Source: Camelus dromedarius (taxonomy: Eukaryota). From it: 64,000 nucleotides of DNA. Of the stretch, positions 1 to 13,104 are shown piece after piece. Both the position numbers and the translations under genes were made by a program. The stretch is taken from positions 110,300,001 through 110,364,000 of the forward strand of contig NC_087437.1 in the NCBI RefSeq assembly GCF_036321535.1. The letters are read 5' to 3'. The notes under the pieces are model-generated. The model did no database searches. It was not told the origin of the DNA and saw only the letters and a program-made list of their open reading frames with translations. Within the stretch, counting starts at the first letter, position 1, and every line of letters begins with the position of its first letter.

Positions 1-60
1 ATTGGAGGTTAGGATTTTAACATATGAATTTGGGGGAACATACATATTCAGTCCATTGCA
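1..60 (-). mobile_element. End of an MLT1-type (ERVL-MaLR) LTR, cut by the window edge
   Basis: ggaggttaggattttaacatatgaatttgggggaac...attcagtccattgca resembles the terminal motif of MLT1 LTRs. Confidence 0.6.
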
Positions 61-868
61 AATGAATATAGAGCAACAGTGACAGAAACCTCCTGAAGCA
101 AAATCCTGGGTTGTGGGTCACTTACAGTGTGGCAAATATGTAAATGAAGTCCATCACTAGCGTGGAGGAAAGCACTTCATATAAGAATTCTGTCAATTTT
201 ATTATTATATTTTTAGTCAAGGAGCATTTCAGGAGAGGTCAACATTTGAGTGTGAAGCTAGGCATCACCTAACTGAAGATTGCTACAATGGCATAAAAGC
301 CATCTCCTTGTTCTTGCATGTTTCTGATGATTATAGAAAAGCCAACTTTGCAATATAGGCTGCGCCTCTGGAAAAAAACAACTTTTATTGATGCTTTACT
401 GAGAGATAGAGAAATATATATATATAAAACCTCCAAATATGTCTTGCTTAGTACATATGAAGTCTTTGAATTAAAAAAAAACAACCCTTTAAACTCTTTT
501 TCCACTTTATAACAGCTATGGAGAGAAACCAATGAAAGCTAAATTGAGCCTCTGTTCCTCCTTATTCTCAAAAACCACACCTTCTGGTCCAATGCCACCT
601 GCATCCTTGTGACAGGATGGTGAAGATTGGGGTAAACAGATGTGATCTTGTCACCAGAGCTGTTTTCACCTCTGACAAGGTGGCAATTGTGGCCATAAGC
701 AAACATTTCATTGACCCCAACGAGTATGATTCAGCCAATGCAAGTTCAGTGTACCACCAAGACTGAGAACACAAAACTTTTAGTGACTGAGAAACCTAGC
801 TCCATTTTCTAGATTTCACATCAAACAGGGTAGTGATGGTGCTGAATATGTTGCAGAGTCCATGTGTC

Positions 869-1024
869 TTTTTTTTAAGTTCTGTTGAAATATAATTGAA
901 ATACAAAGAACTGCACATATTTAATGTGTACAACTTGATGAGTTTGGACAAATGCCAACACCCATGGTACCATCCCCGCAATCAAGGCAATAGGCAGATG
1001 CAACACTTCCCAAACTTTCCTTGT
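869..1024 (-). mobile_element. Old L1 (L1M-type) 3' fragment inside the GAPDH pseudogene
   Basis: T-run followed by gaaatataattgaaatacaaagaactgcacatatttaatgtgtacaacttgatgagtttggacaaatg, typical of an antisense L1M 3' end; GAPDH homology resumes after it. Confidence 0.75.
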
Positions 1025-1473
1025 CATGATCATCTTAGAAAATGCTGGGGTTAGCTTTAAGAGTGAAGCCAAAAGCTCATGTTCTCTCCCACCTCTGCCG
1101 ATGCCTCTGTTTTAGGGATGAGACTAAATCATGAGAATTGACAGCTCCCTCAAGATGGTCACCGAAACCTTGTACTGCACCAGGTACTTAACTCCTCCAG
1201 CCAAGATCATCCATGATGACTTTGGCATTTGAAGGAACTAACCAGGCTCTAGTGATCACAGCCCATCACATTACCACTGCCCGGAAGACCAAAGATAGTC
1301 CTCTGGCATTGGCACTGTGACCGCGATGCTTCCCAGAGTGTTGTCCCTGCACCCCTGGCACAGTCCATGCTGTGGGCAAAATTATCCAGAGCTGCCTCTG
1401 AAGCTGGCTGGTGTGGTCTTCTAGGTCCCCACATCCAACCTGTTTATATTAGATTTGACCTGAAGAAGGCTAC

Positions 1474-1971
1474 TGTATAATTTTCCAGGGGCTGCCATAA
1501 CAGATTACCACAAACTGGCTGACTGAAGACAACAGAAATGTATTCTCTCACAGATCAAGGGACCAGAAGTCTAAAATCAAGATGTCAGCAGGATTAGTTG
1601 CTTCCTGGGGGCTCGGACGGAGAATTGCTCCATGCCTCTCTCTTAGCTTCTGAGAGTTGCCAGCAATCTTTGACAATCCTTGGTTGATAGACACATCTTT
1701 TTATTCTCTGCCTCTGTCTTCACAGAGACATAAAATATAAAGGTGTTCTCTCTGTGTGCCTCTTACCATCTTCCCTCTGTGTGCTTCCCTGTCCAAATTT
1801 TCCTCTTCTTTCTTGTAAGGACACCAGTAACTGGATTAACTGGGGCCCACCCCAATCCATATTACCTCATCTTAACTTGATTAAATCTGCAAACACATTT
1901 TCAAGTAACGTCACATTCTGAGGTTCTGGGTGGACATGAATTTAGAGGGAGATTCTATTTAGCCCAGTAGA
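1474..1971 (-). mobile_element. MLT1-family (ERVL-MaLR) solo LTR inside the GAPDH pseudogene
   Basis: Starts tgtataattttccaggggctgccataacagattaccacaaactgg and ends gaggttctgggtggacatgaattt...cccagtaga; degenerate 5-bp TSD gctac/attac. Confidence 0.85.
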
Positions 1972-2630
1972 ATTACCAAATATGATGACATTAAGAAGGT
2001 GATAAAGCAGACATTCAAGAGTTCTCTGAGGATCATATCCTGGACTATATGAAACACCAGGTTGCCATCTATGATATTAAAAGTGAAACCACTCCTTTAC
2101 CTTTGAGGCTGGGGTTGGCACTGGCTCTGTGAAGCTCATTTCCCAGTATGAGAATTAATATGATCATTGCAACCATGAGTTTGAACTCATGGTCTACATG
2201 GTCTCCAAACAGTAAAAGCCCTATGTCACCAACCTAACAAGAATGAAAGGAAAAGATAATTCCTCTGTTGCAGGGGAGTAACAGTCACCCCTCCTGCAAA
2301 CTCAAACCCAAGCCACTGGGACTCTCCCATCCTCAGCAGGATTCCCATCTCAGGCTTCCAAGGAAAGATAGGAGCTTAGGGATCCCTACCTTCTCAGGGG
2401 CCATCAACATTATCGTAAAATGTACAGCTTTACTGGGGAGAAGGACAGGTGTAGGAAAGCTACTTTGAGAAATATGCATTCAATTTAATTAGCATTTATT
2501 TTAGAGCTTCCTAAAACACATAACATAACAGTAGGCACTGATGAAAATAAAAAGATGAATAAGGAATTTCCTTCAAGGAATTTCCAGCTTAGTGAGGAAG
2601 AAAAGTGCATATACAACCAACTCATATGAG

Positions 2631-2710
2631 GGTGGGGGCAGAGCATGTGCTTAGCATTTGCAAGTCCTGGGTTCGATCCCCAGCACCTCCATTAACAACA
2701 ACAACAACCA
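2631..2710 (+). mobile_element. tRNA-derived SINE, 5'-damaged (camelid Vic-1-like)
   Basis: gcagagcatgtgcttagcatttgcaagtcctgggttcgatccccagcacctcc (B box) followed by an (AAC)n tail. Confidence 0.75.
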
Positions 2711-2829
2711 AATCACAGACTGATTGGGTGAGTTAATGGAAACATAATGTGATGCAGGAGTAAAGAAAAAGGAAAGTGAAATCATATGAAATTGTCCTCA
2801 AAAAACTTCAGTCATGGACCCACTCTTAT

Positions 2830-3165
2830 CCCTGCCATGCTCCCAGAATTTTATTTCATGAGTCTACGTGACTTACTCCCTAACCCACTTCAGGTCTTGC
2901 TCAAATGTCACCATCTAGGGGAGGCCTTTTCTGAACATCCTTATTTATAACTGGTACCCTCCTCCACATATCTGTCTTCCCTGCTTAACTTTTCCTCAAA
3001 GCATTTATCTCTATATGACCACCTGTGTTTTACTAATTTCGTTGATTGTCTTTTCTTCTCACTAGAACATAGGCTCTGTGAGGGCAAGTATGGTTTTCTT
3101 TTTTCCACCATAGGAACAAAATAGACAAAAGAGTCTGATGTACTGGGGCCAAATAATAAATGTAT
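2830..3165 (+). mobile_element. L2 LINE 3' fragment
   Basis: cttcaggtcttgctcaaatgtcacc...aggccttttctga...actagaacataggctctgtgagggcaag...aataaatgtatt, L2-like motifs. Confidence 0.6.
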
Positions 3166-6000
3166 TTAAACATCAAGGTAAAAGGTATGGAATTCATTCT
3201 AAATGTAATGGAGAACAATGGAGGCTTTTGAGCAAATGAATGACATAATCAGGTTGATATTTTGAGATACAGTGATCATTACTTCTTTTCCAATTCAGTT
3301 AGTCATGTCCTATTTCTTTGAAACCATTGTTTTCTCAATTACTCTTGAGTAAAAATCTTTCCTTGAGGACTGGCGCTGATTGCATTGGATTTGTGGCAGT
3401 TTTTGTAAGCAGCATTCTCCAACTATATTTCCAGGAACACTGGGTCTGGAAGGTATTAAAAGGTATTCCAAGAACCAGAGTTTCCAAGATGAAAAATATA
3501 CTGTCAAATGCTATAAAATAAAGCCCCTCCCAGGATGTTCACAACTTGCATTTATTCTTTAAATTTTACTTGAGCACCTCTTATCTGACAGGCACTGTAA
3601 TAGGAATATCAGCTGGAATGTAAGGGGAGGATCTGTAAGTGTCCTCTAGAGAACCATCATATGGAGAGAACTAATCCAACATTGTTCAACAAACTATCAT
3701 ATCTGTGCAATAAAAATAACTTTTAAGTTGATAAATAACTTTTTAAGTCCTTTCGAAAGGTGCTATTTTAGAATACGTGCTAAAATATAAAGGTCTTATG
3801 AGTGTACAGGCTTCCTGGAGAAAATGATGGACGCTTCTACACAGCACAGGGGAATAAGCCATATTACGTCAAATAGGTTATTTTTTAAATAAGCATTTGG
3901 AAGGCAGTTTTGCCTGAATTAAACTGACTATTTTCAAAATAAACTTTTGATAGAGCTGAATAAATTTTCTACCAAATTAATCTCAACGTAACCTCAGTAT
4001 GGAGTTACTTGACCATGAGAGTTGAAAACCATTTTGTAAGATGCTGAGTAAGGGTTGAGTTTTAGTTTTAAAAAATCTGTAAAATGCTTCTGAAATTTGA
4101 TACTTTATTGGAACCATTTTTTGTTGCAAACCATCTGTATTATGACATACCTATACTGCGTATTTCTTTGCGTAAGTGTCTTATGTTACTAATTGTAACA
4201 CAGGTAAGGTTTTTAAGAAGAAAGAACTCATTATTTTTAATTTTTTGTTTTATTTTGTTCTGCTCCTCTACACCCTGGAAACCATCTTGCCTAGGCCAGC
4301 ATCTTTAGAATGCTAGGACTGAGTCATGTTTATCTTGTGAGATTATTTTGTTTATAATTTTATTCATTTTAAGTATCTGCTTGTTTTAAGATTTTGGACT
4401 TCCATGTAACTATAAAGAAATGTGGTTGCTTTTTTTCCCTACCCAAAAAGTGTTAAATTGTGCTGGATAAGATTTCCTTACCACTTAAGAAATTTCCACT
4501 CTGGAAATTCCTTCCTACTTAATTTCCCAATTATTGATGATAATCCATTATGTGACTACCTTCAGCTCATCATTAGCAGAAATTCTTCACATTCAATAAG
4601 ATGCAAAATTGACTACAACTTCGTTCATCTTTCTCACTTTCTTCTTTTCATTTTTGCACCAGTAGTTCCAGGTTAATCATAAATGGTGACTCTGTGCCAC
4701 TCTGAATAAAACTCAGAATTTTTGCACCCCCAATAGTCATTTGTAAAATAAACCTGTATGTCTTACCACCACAGCCCTCTCCATAAAACCACCATAAAGT
4801 CCCAAAATATGTGATGGTAAAGTTTAAGTTTTATATTTTTTCTCCAGCTTGCTTCTACTCTTTACCAAATATACTATTAATCTGTTAAGCCAGTTTTTCT
4901 TTCTTGAATCTATGCTTTTTCTCTACTCCTGGAACATCATCAGATTTGGAAACCTTCATTTGTTTACCCTTCCGGAAGTTGCTTAATTCCTATGTTCTTC
5001 ATCTTCCATGAAAGTTTCTCCAACGTCAGAGGAACAAAGTGTGAATATTAACCTTCATTCATCCACAAAAAAATTAGAAAATAGAAAATAAGCCATTTAT
5101 TATCCCACTAGCTACTTTGTAATTTATATTTATTAGATTTAATCTATCCAGTTCAATAAAATAGCCACATAAAAATTCAATACTATTATAATATTAATGG
5201 AAATTCCTTTAGTTCAAAGCCAGAGTTCATTTAATGTGTACTTTAAAATGCACCCATAATTTATAGTAGATTTCATCATGTGCAAGGAATATTTAATAAT
5301 TATAGATTTATGTAAATAAATACATTTAATTTTGAAAGTGGGTGATTGGACTGAAAATCAGTCATATCTGCTTTGTGTTTTCCCTTCAGTCTCAGAGGAT
5401 GAGCAACTTTTTTTCCTTCCGTCTCATCATTAGCCCTCCATCAGTGTGGCAGCCTGCTTTGTTTTCTTGTTTTATTTCTTCTGGCTCCTTCTTCATCAGT
5501 CTCTTCAACTCCAGTTTCTTCCTCTGCCTACTTGTCTCTAAGAGATTTTTAATGTTTTATTTTGCCAAGCCCAGTGACCTTTCTCCATTTTTGTTTTTCT
5601 CAACCTCTGCTGTGTTCATCACAACTGATCACCTTCTTTTTCAAACCCTTTTCAACAACCCCATAACCTCCTCATCTTCTTTGTACTACTTCACAACTCT
5701 CACGTGTTCCTTCTTTTATACTTCTCCCTTTATCCTAACTCTTACTAATGGAGTCTTCCAGGATTCCATTCTTTGACCTTACACCCTCTTCCTCTAAATT
5801 CTTTTTTAAACCACAGTTTGTACTCCCAATGCAGCACCTGGCCCATAGAAGTCATCAAAACTTTAAAGAAAAATATGCATGAGTATTTTCTCTCATGTTT
5901 ACAGCATTAAGTAACAAATTAATATTGGTCCCTTTCAAATTAGTAATTCATGTACTCTCATCCTTCTTGAATCTACAAATCTCAGCTAGATAAGCTCCTT

Positions 6001-6437
6001 CTTTTTTTTCTAAGAAAGAATAAAGCTTTATTTATTTTTTACTTTTAGTATATATTTTATTGAATTATAGTCAGTTTACAATGCTGTATCAATTACTGGT
6101 GTACAGCATAATGCTTCAGTCATACATGAACATACATATCCTTTGTTTTCATATTCTTTTTCACTATAAGTTACTACAAGATAAAAGAAACCAAGCTGAT
6201 ACAAAAGAAAAATTATCAAACCCCCAAAATACTGTATATCACTTATATGTGAAATCTAAAAAAAAAGACAAACAAACTTATTTACAAAACAGAAACAGAC
6301 TCACAGACATAGAAAATGAACTTATGGTTACCAGGGGGAATAGGGTGGGAAGGGATAAATTGGGAGTTTGAGATTTGCAGATACTAACTAACATATATAT
6401 AAAATAAGCAACAAATTCACACTGTATAGCACAGGGA
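6001..6437 (-). mobile_element. Young L1 3' end with a 5' inversion (twin-priming structure)
   Basis: About 6001-6182 is the antisense L1 terminus (T-rich tail, tattgaattatagtcagtttacaatg). About 6225-6437 is the adjacent upstream L1 3'UTR in the opposite orientation (atatcacttatatgtgaaatcta...actgtatagcacaggga). Confidence 0.8.
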
Positions 6438-7395
6438 CAGTTTCCTTCTTGAATGTGTTATCATAACCTCCAATCCATGTCTCTGAAACCAAATACATTG
6501 TTCCAGAAAAACTGACTCCTGAAATATTTCTGCCTGTTAGTAGCACCGCCTCTCTTGACGGTTACCCACGTTCAGTATAAAAGTATCACCTTTACCCACT
6601 TGTGTCACTAAAACAAATAATTTTCTACTGAGAATGTCACATATCCATTTCTTTCCCCTCTCTTATTGCAACAAGCCTAATGTTGGCCCAAATCTGTCTC
6701 CTCAGCCTTGGATCCCTCACTGGACCTTGATTTTCAGACACTCAGAGAATCTGGCATTTCCCCACTTCAGTCTATTCTGCACATTGTTACTAAACTTATA
6801 TCTCCCATCCCGGATTTCTTCTGTTTAACATTCTGGATTTTGTGCTCTGCTAACTCTAAATCCTCTGTCTGACTCACAGATCTTTTTTAACATACCTCTT
6901 CACTGATCATTCTCAACCTGTTCAACACTTGAAGTCATGGTAATCAAATTATTTATTAAATTCATACATATGTAAGACACCAAACATATTCCATAGACAA
7001 TTAATTTAATGTCCTTTTTCATCTCTGCCTTTGTCCCCAAGTAGTTCTCCCACCTTGAAATTTTCCTTCGTTTCCAATCTGTTGATCTAGTTCTTCAAGC
7101 CCAGCTCAAGTTTTCATTCTGTGGTCACCAGAATTCCTGCCAGTCTTCTTGTTTGTGTCACATAGCTATTACACACACTAAGTTTTGTTCTTGAGGTGTT
7201 TGTTAGTCTTCACTTTCCAAGTAGGTTAGTTCTTTGATGGCAGCAATTGTATCTAATGTGTCTGCAGAGCACCCATCACAGCAGGGATCAAGCACATATT
7301 AGGTGCTCAGAGAATCCCTGCTGAGCCTGTGCTAAGCCCAGGAGGAAGCAATATTTGCCACCAACTCATTTATTTGGTATCATTTGCTTAAGAGC

Positions 7396-7580
7396 CAGGG
7401 TTGCTGAAAATGTGGGCCATGGACCAGCAGCAGCAGCATCACTTAGGACCTTGTTTGAAAGGAAAATTTCCAGATTCTACCAAGACCTACTAAATCAGAA
7501 ACTCTAGCAGTGGGACCCAGAAATCTGTTTTTCAGGCCCTCTGAGTGATTATGATACACACTGTCATTTGAGAACCACTG
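7396..7580. mobile_element. MER5A-like hAT-Charlie DNA transposon
   Basis: ggaccagcagcagcagcatcac...agacctactaaatcagaaactct...tttgagaaccactg. Confidence 0.8.
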
Positions 7581-8220
7581 CTCTGGGTCAATCATCCAGT
7601 CATCAGGGCAATGTTTCTAGATAAAATAGTGCTGGGCCGCACAAATGGTTAATCTACTAAGCTCTTATTTTTTAGAACATTCTGACCTGCTTAAAATAAG
7701 GCAAACGGTGACTAACGATGTACTTTTTGTGATTCACAAAGCTTAGGTGATAATGGAAACACAGCCTATTTGCACAATCACGATTCTAAACCTAAAAGAT
7801 TTTGTAGTGAAGGTTAATAGTCCACAATTCTTTTAACTTTTGCCTTATTCTCCCCCAAAACTGACATATTATGCAGTTCTGAAATTGGAATCTAAAGGAC
7901 AGAGGTTATTGTTGAAAGCCACATACTTCAGAATATTTTGAAAGGTTTTAAGACCCAAACATTAGATTTCAGTTACCCCGTCCACCATTCTTTGTGGATA
8001 ACCTCAGCTTAGGGGATCTGAATAGAGGTGCAATCAGGAATGGAGACTACAAACGCTGAAGCTGAGGACCCCAGGGAGATCATGTCATGCTCAGAAAGTT
8101 TTAAGGGTAATCGAGGGAACTGAATGTTGATCTGTAATCTGTTCAAGGGCCAGAATTGCACAAAGGGAAGCCATGAAGCCCAGAGACAGCAGTTAATTTC
8201 ATTTCCACCTAATTGGATGC

Positions 8221-8382
8221 TGTATTATAGTTCTACAGAGGAAAAAAAAAAAAACAATAGGAAATAGAGAGGAAGGTAGATAGAAAGATGATATATATAT
8301 ATAGATTACAATAGAAGATATATAGGATCTAATACATGATATATAGGATATAATAGGAGGTGTATATATATGTGTGTGTGTG

Positions 8383-8418
<36 letters not shown>

Positions 8419-8794
8419 GGATATAATAGGAGATAGGAGAGAGAGATTGACTACAAGGAATTGGCTCACATGATTTTGAGGACGGTCAAGAGTGAAATCT
8501 GCAGAGCAGGCTGGAGTCACAGGGAAAGTTGATGCTGTAGCTACAGTCTAGAGGCAATCTGGAGGCAGGATCTCCCCTCCTCTAGTGGACCTCAGTCTTT
8601 GCTCTTAAGGCCTTCAACTGATTGCATGAGACACACCCAACATTATGGAAGGCAATCTGCTTTACTCAAAGTCTACTAATTTAAATGTTCATTTCTTCTA
8701 AAAAACACCTTCACAGAAGCACCTAGACTTGTATTTAAGTAAATATCTGGGCTCTCTAGCCCAGCCAAATGGACACATAAAATTAACCATCACA
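8221..8794 (-). mobile_element. MLT2-type (ERVL) solo LTR with an expanded (TA)n/(TG)n tract
   Basis: tgtattatagttctacagag...aaggaattggctcacatgatt...aatctgctttactcaaagtctac...aaattaaccatcaca; near-TSD gatgc/gatgg. Confidence 0.8.
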
Positions 8795-9008
8795 GATGGT
8801 GAACTGCGTTAGTCCACGGTGATTGTTATAAAGTCACTCAGATTCTCCACACATGTTTAACAGCAGAGGTACTTTGAGCTTTAATCTCAATCAAATGGAA
8901 AATATGTATCTCCAGGTGGCAGTAAAGAAAAAAGATTTGGCCGCTTTGGGGAAGTTCTTTTCAATTATTTAGTTTGAGGTACAACTTTTCTTAGCAGGCT
9001 TTTAGGTA

Positions 9009-9188
9009 ACAGGAACTTCTCAACAATGGAGGTGCATTACATTTCCTGGGGAAGATTTTATACAATGCCAACAGTCCCATCCCAGGCCAATTAAATAAAA
9101 ATTTCAGGGATGGGGTTCAGGCACTGCCAGTTAATGAAAGCTCTTCCGGATGAACTTGATGTGCATAATTCAGATTTGAGAATCACTG
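9009..9188. mobile_element. MER5-family DNA transposon
   Basis: cttctcaac...cccaggccaattaaataaaaatttcagggatgggg...tttgagaatcactg. Confidence 0.65.
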
Positions 9189-9350
9189 CTCTAAATGCAG
9201 GAAACCCTCCTCAGCATGTCCTACAAACTCTGTCATCAGATGAATCCAATACTGCAATAGCTGAAAATAATCAGTAAATACAGGGGGTTTGCTCAGAGCA
9301 CAGACTGAGAGGGTTCTGGACCAGATCCTGCAATGCTGAGAAGCCTGGAA

Positions 9351-9830
9351 TGATGAAGCTCCTACTTTACAAAGTCTTGGCTGTACTTGAGGCTTTGTAC
9401 AGTCAGGCCACTCAAGGTGGCTGTTCTTCTGCTTGTCCCCTGCCCCAGCTTGTCATAAATCTAATCCTTAGGCAGGAATGGTCCACCTGCTTGTTTTTAA
9501 AGGGAGACATCTGCCCTTTTGGTGGTCATTAACCTGATGATCTGTAAGAGACATGCCCCAAATGCTGGTTTTCCTGGTAACTGATGAGCCAACCTGATGT
9601 CAATTCCTGCTATAAATGGTAGCCTCTTTCTCCTTCAAGTAGTGGAGATTGTTGCTATGACTTGTTTGCTGTCCACAGTGGGGGTGTTGCTCCAGGACTC
9701 TTTATTTCAGGCTTGTAAGATCCCCGAGCCAGTAAACCACTGATGTCCCTGTCGCTGCCTCCTGCCTCTTTCTTCAGTCTCACAGCTGGGCAGCTACAAG
9801 GCTTGCGGGCCTGCGGGGTGTAGCCCAACA
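9351..9830 (+). mobile_element. Probable ERV solo LTR
   Basis: TG...CA-bounded ~480-bp GC-richer block with TATAAA (~9611) and an AGTAAA poly(A)-like motif (~9731); no clear TSD. Confidence 0.5.
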
Positions 9831-9855
9831 GACTCCATGTGAACCTCTCCAGATC

Positions 9856-9965
9856 ACTTTTTTCTCCTTTTTCTTCCTTCTCTTCTTTCCTTCTCTTCCC
9901 TTCTCCTATCTTTCCCATCTTCCTTTTCCTCTTTCTTCTCTCCGTTTGTCTCCCCTCTTCCTTTG
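9856..9965. repeat. Polypyrimidine (CT-rich) low-complexity tract
   Basis: Almost pure C/T sequence. Confidence 0.85.
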
Positions 9966-11119
9966 TTAGAGAGCAAAGGTAAAAGGCTACCATTATCTCT
10001 AAGTCAGTAGTCCTGCCCTCCCTAAAACTTGGAATTCCATCATTATCTTATACTGAGTTCTTTTCTTTCCTTCAGTGCTTTGATGTATTTTCAAGTATGC
10101 CGAAGACATTTTTAAAAGAAATTACTTATTTAGGAAAAATACAGGTATCTAAGTATTTGCAGAGAAGTCTAGTTGCATTATGTACAAAATTGAATTTTTA
10201 AATTAATAGACAAATCCAAGGACCTTGTTAAAAACCAGATCTTTAAATAATTTGGTTGAGGCAATTTGCTAAGCTTCTGAAGGCAAACATTTTCAATGAT
10301 GTTATCCCCACTGCAATTTCACTCCATCAGCATACCAAATCTGTCTATGAAATATTATCTCCTATCACAAAAGCTGCCAACATACAAATCAAAGCACAAC
10401 AAATAGAAAGATCAATTGTTTCTCCCTTTGCAAATCCTACTGTGAGTACAGGTGGGTGTACCCATTTTTAAATGTCAAGAATTAAACTCAGTTTTTAAAT
10501 GTTTGAGAATTGATGTTTAATTTAATGTAAAACCAAATAATTAATGCTTGGTTTACAAAAGATAAAGATTATAGCCAATAAATTAGTTCTAATACATATT
10601 TTAAAATAGGTTTCCTATGGCAAAGGAAATGTCGTTAGAAATCTTATCTGAGTTTCTGTTCCTAGAATATGCCCAAGATCACAATAGCAAAGCAGAATCA
10701 GCAAATACAAGGTTTTTTTCCCTGAATATGTGTGTTTTATGTCTTATGAAAGTGAAATATGGACTTTGAAAACTGAAATCTTTTTGTCAATAAGCAAGGA
10801 CTTAATATCAAAATACTTAGAAGCAACTTGCAAACATGTATTGAAAGGAAAAGCCTCTAAATACAAATCCAGAGAAGAAAAATAGCTCTTAGAAGATGTC
10901 AAAATGCATGATGTGTGTTATTAAGTCACAATCTAGGAGAAAGGTCATGGGATGGTCTGTGGTCATAGAAATCAGATCTGTAGGTGCAAGATGAGGCTCC
11001 TTCACCACAGTATTCTTCACAGGAGCCAGAGGAACCACTTCCACCAGCATATCATGAGAGTACTTGATCCCCAGTTCCCTACCTCCTTGCCAGGACCAGG
11101 CATTAACACTTTATTTGTA

Positions 11120-11216
11120 TGCACGGGTGCAGGGAGTATATGGGAAATCTCTGCCCCTTCCCATCAATTTTGCTGTGAACCTAAAATTTCCTTTAAAAAA
11201 TAAAGTCTTAATTAAA
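11120..11216 (+). mobile_element. L1MC-type 3' terminus
   Basis: gggagtatatgggaaatctctg...aattttgctgtgaacctaaaa...aaataaagtct. Confidence 0.7.
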
Positions 11217-11259
11217 GGATTCAAAAACACTATTTGTTATTCATCGAATAAAAATATTT

Positions 11260-12550
11260 TGGTGGCTTTGATATTGACTTCCCTGGCCAAGAGTGAATTT
11301 TAATAACTGTTAATATGTCTGGAGATTTGTACTTCTCTTACATGGAATGTCTGCTTATTTCCTGTGCATTTCTCTTGCCTGATATGTCTGCATGGAATGT
11401 CTACTCATTTCCTCTGCCTATTTTCCTATTGGCTTGTATGACTTTCTGTATAATATGACATTAACACTCTTCCATTTATCTTCACTGTGTTCACCTATCT
11501 TTTTGTTCATAGAGTCTAGCTGTCTCTGTTGGTAAAGGTCTCCAGTATCCATAGATTATATGTGTATTCTCTTGGATTTCCCATTTGGCAGGGCTTGTTC
11601 TGTTTTGTTTTGCTTGCTTTATTTCCTAGGTTTGAATCTTTAATCCCTCTGGAATTTCTTTTAGTTAGTGTAATTGGAGGTCCACATCTATTGTTTTCTA
11701 GATGGATAGCCAGTTAACACTATTAAATCAATTTTTCACTATATTGAACTACAAATCGTGCACACATTACATTCTCAAATATACTTTATTTCCAAATTAT
11801 TTCTTTCCTAATTATTTCCAAATTATTTCTTTCCTACTCTTAAACCAAAAATATATCCCTTCATATTTTTTATTGGGACTTGGGAATGTATTTTATATGC
11901 ATTTAGAATAATTATATTCAGTGAAGAATCTGGTAGATGTCTTAGTTTGCATATTAATTTGGGAGAATTAACATTTTATGATAGCTCTTCCCATTCAAGG
12001 CAAGAGCAGCATATCAAATTGTTACATTTTTTTCTTTAGAATATCTTATTAGTGTTCTTCAAATAGGTCTTTGCATCTTTCTTAATTTTTTTCCTGAGAA
12101 TTTTAGATATCTCACATTATAGCAATTATTTCCCTATTTTCTAACTCTAGATAATTCAGAATCTTTTTACATATTTTTCTGGTGTTCATATATCTTCCAA
12201 ATTTCCTGATTTTAATTTTAGTATTTTTTTACTTTTAGTATTTTGAGCTTTCTATGTACACAAGAATGCATTAATCAGAAACGTGTTTCTTTTTCTCAGG
12301 AGTTTTCCCAATTTTATTTTCTTACCCCTCTACACTTGAGGATGATCATGACAACTGCCAACACTGTGTTCTTCCTAACTTTAACTGGAATTGTTTTATG
12401 ATTTGGCTGATGTAGATAAATACTGTCTTTTGGTTTTTGTTAAATTCCCTTATTATATTTAAACAGTTTTCTTATTTTGCAATTTATTTCCGTTATTTTG
12501 AGGTAAGAATTATTTAAATCTCTCAAATATTTTTTCTCATCTATTTTTTC
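11260..12550 (-). mobile_element. Highly degraded old L1 body
   Basis: T-rich stretch with scattered antisense L1 ORF2 motifs (attaatttgggagaattaacattt, cttcccattcaag); boundaries approximate. Confidence 0.5.
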
Positions 12551-13104
12551 TTAGCATCGGCGTCTATAGTTTCTATGTCATTTATATTTAAGGGCAGGAC
12601 ACATGCGTTTCCAGAAAACAGCTCAGTGCTCTTGGGAAGCTCTTCCCTTTGACTAAGGAAACTTATCTTAAGTTGCGTTCAGCTGGCTCTCCAGGAGGCC
12701 ACAAACTCTCAAGTCAGTGATGACTATGACTTAAAGAAACCAGACTTCTTCGTCAATAAAGCCTTTTAATAATAGACTGCAGGTTTTGCTCCATTTTAGT
12801 ATACTCCAATTGTATATTCTTCCTGGGCTTGTGCAAACAGCCATAGTACAGAGAGAGAAAAAGATGTAAGAAGTTATGTTTGAAAAATGATCAGAAATGA
12901 GATCTGTCTTCAGCGATGTGATGGAACTACTCCATCTAAATCAACTGCAAACAGCTTCTTTGAAATTAAATCATGTTCCTGACAGACAATAGTAATTCTT
13001 TACTTTGGTGTGAAGTTAACAGCCAGGGAGGGAAGAGGTAGATTTCAACTGGACATGTACTTGGAGTGATCATTTCAAAGGCACAGTATGATCTGCAGTG
13101 ATGA

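Larger units (their letters stand above)
549..2430 (+). pseudogene. GAPDH: Ancient GAPDH processed pseudogene (5'UTR, CDS and 3'UTR, intronless), interrupted by L1 and MLT1 insertions
   Basis: ATG at 617 (atggtgaagattggggtaaac, cf. MVKVGVN). Colinear GAPDH motifs: gtcaccagagctg, ttcattgacc, gctgaatatgttgcagagtcc, gccaagatcatccatgatgactttggcatt (AKVIHDNFGI), gctgtgggcaaa, aaatatgatgacattaagaaggtgataaagcag (KYDDIKKVVKQ). Ends atggtctacatggtctccaaacagTAA with the stop at 2213-2215. Many indels and stops. Confidence 0.9.

Noticed and set aside
5342..5776. 144-aa Phe/Ser/Leu-rich ORF
   Set aside because: Pyrimidine-rich, probably L2-derived sequence; GTG start and no recognisable domain
9655..9993. 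112-aa Lys/Glu/Arg-rich ORF
   Set aside because: Translation of the polypyrimidine tract plus LTR sequence
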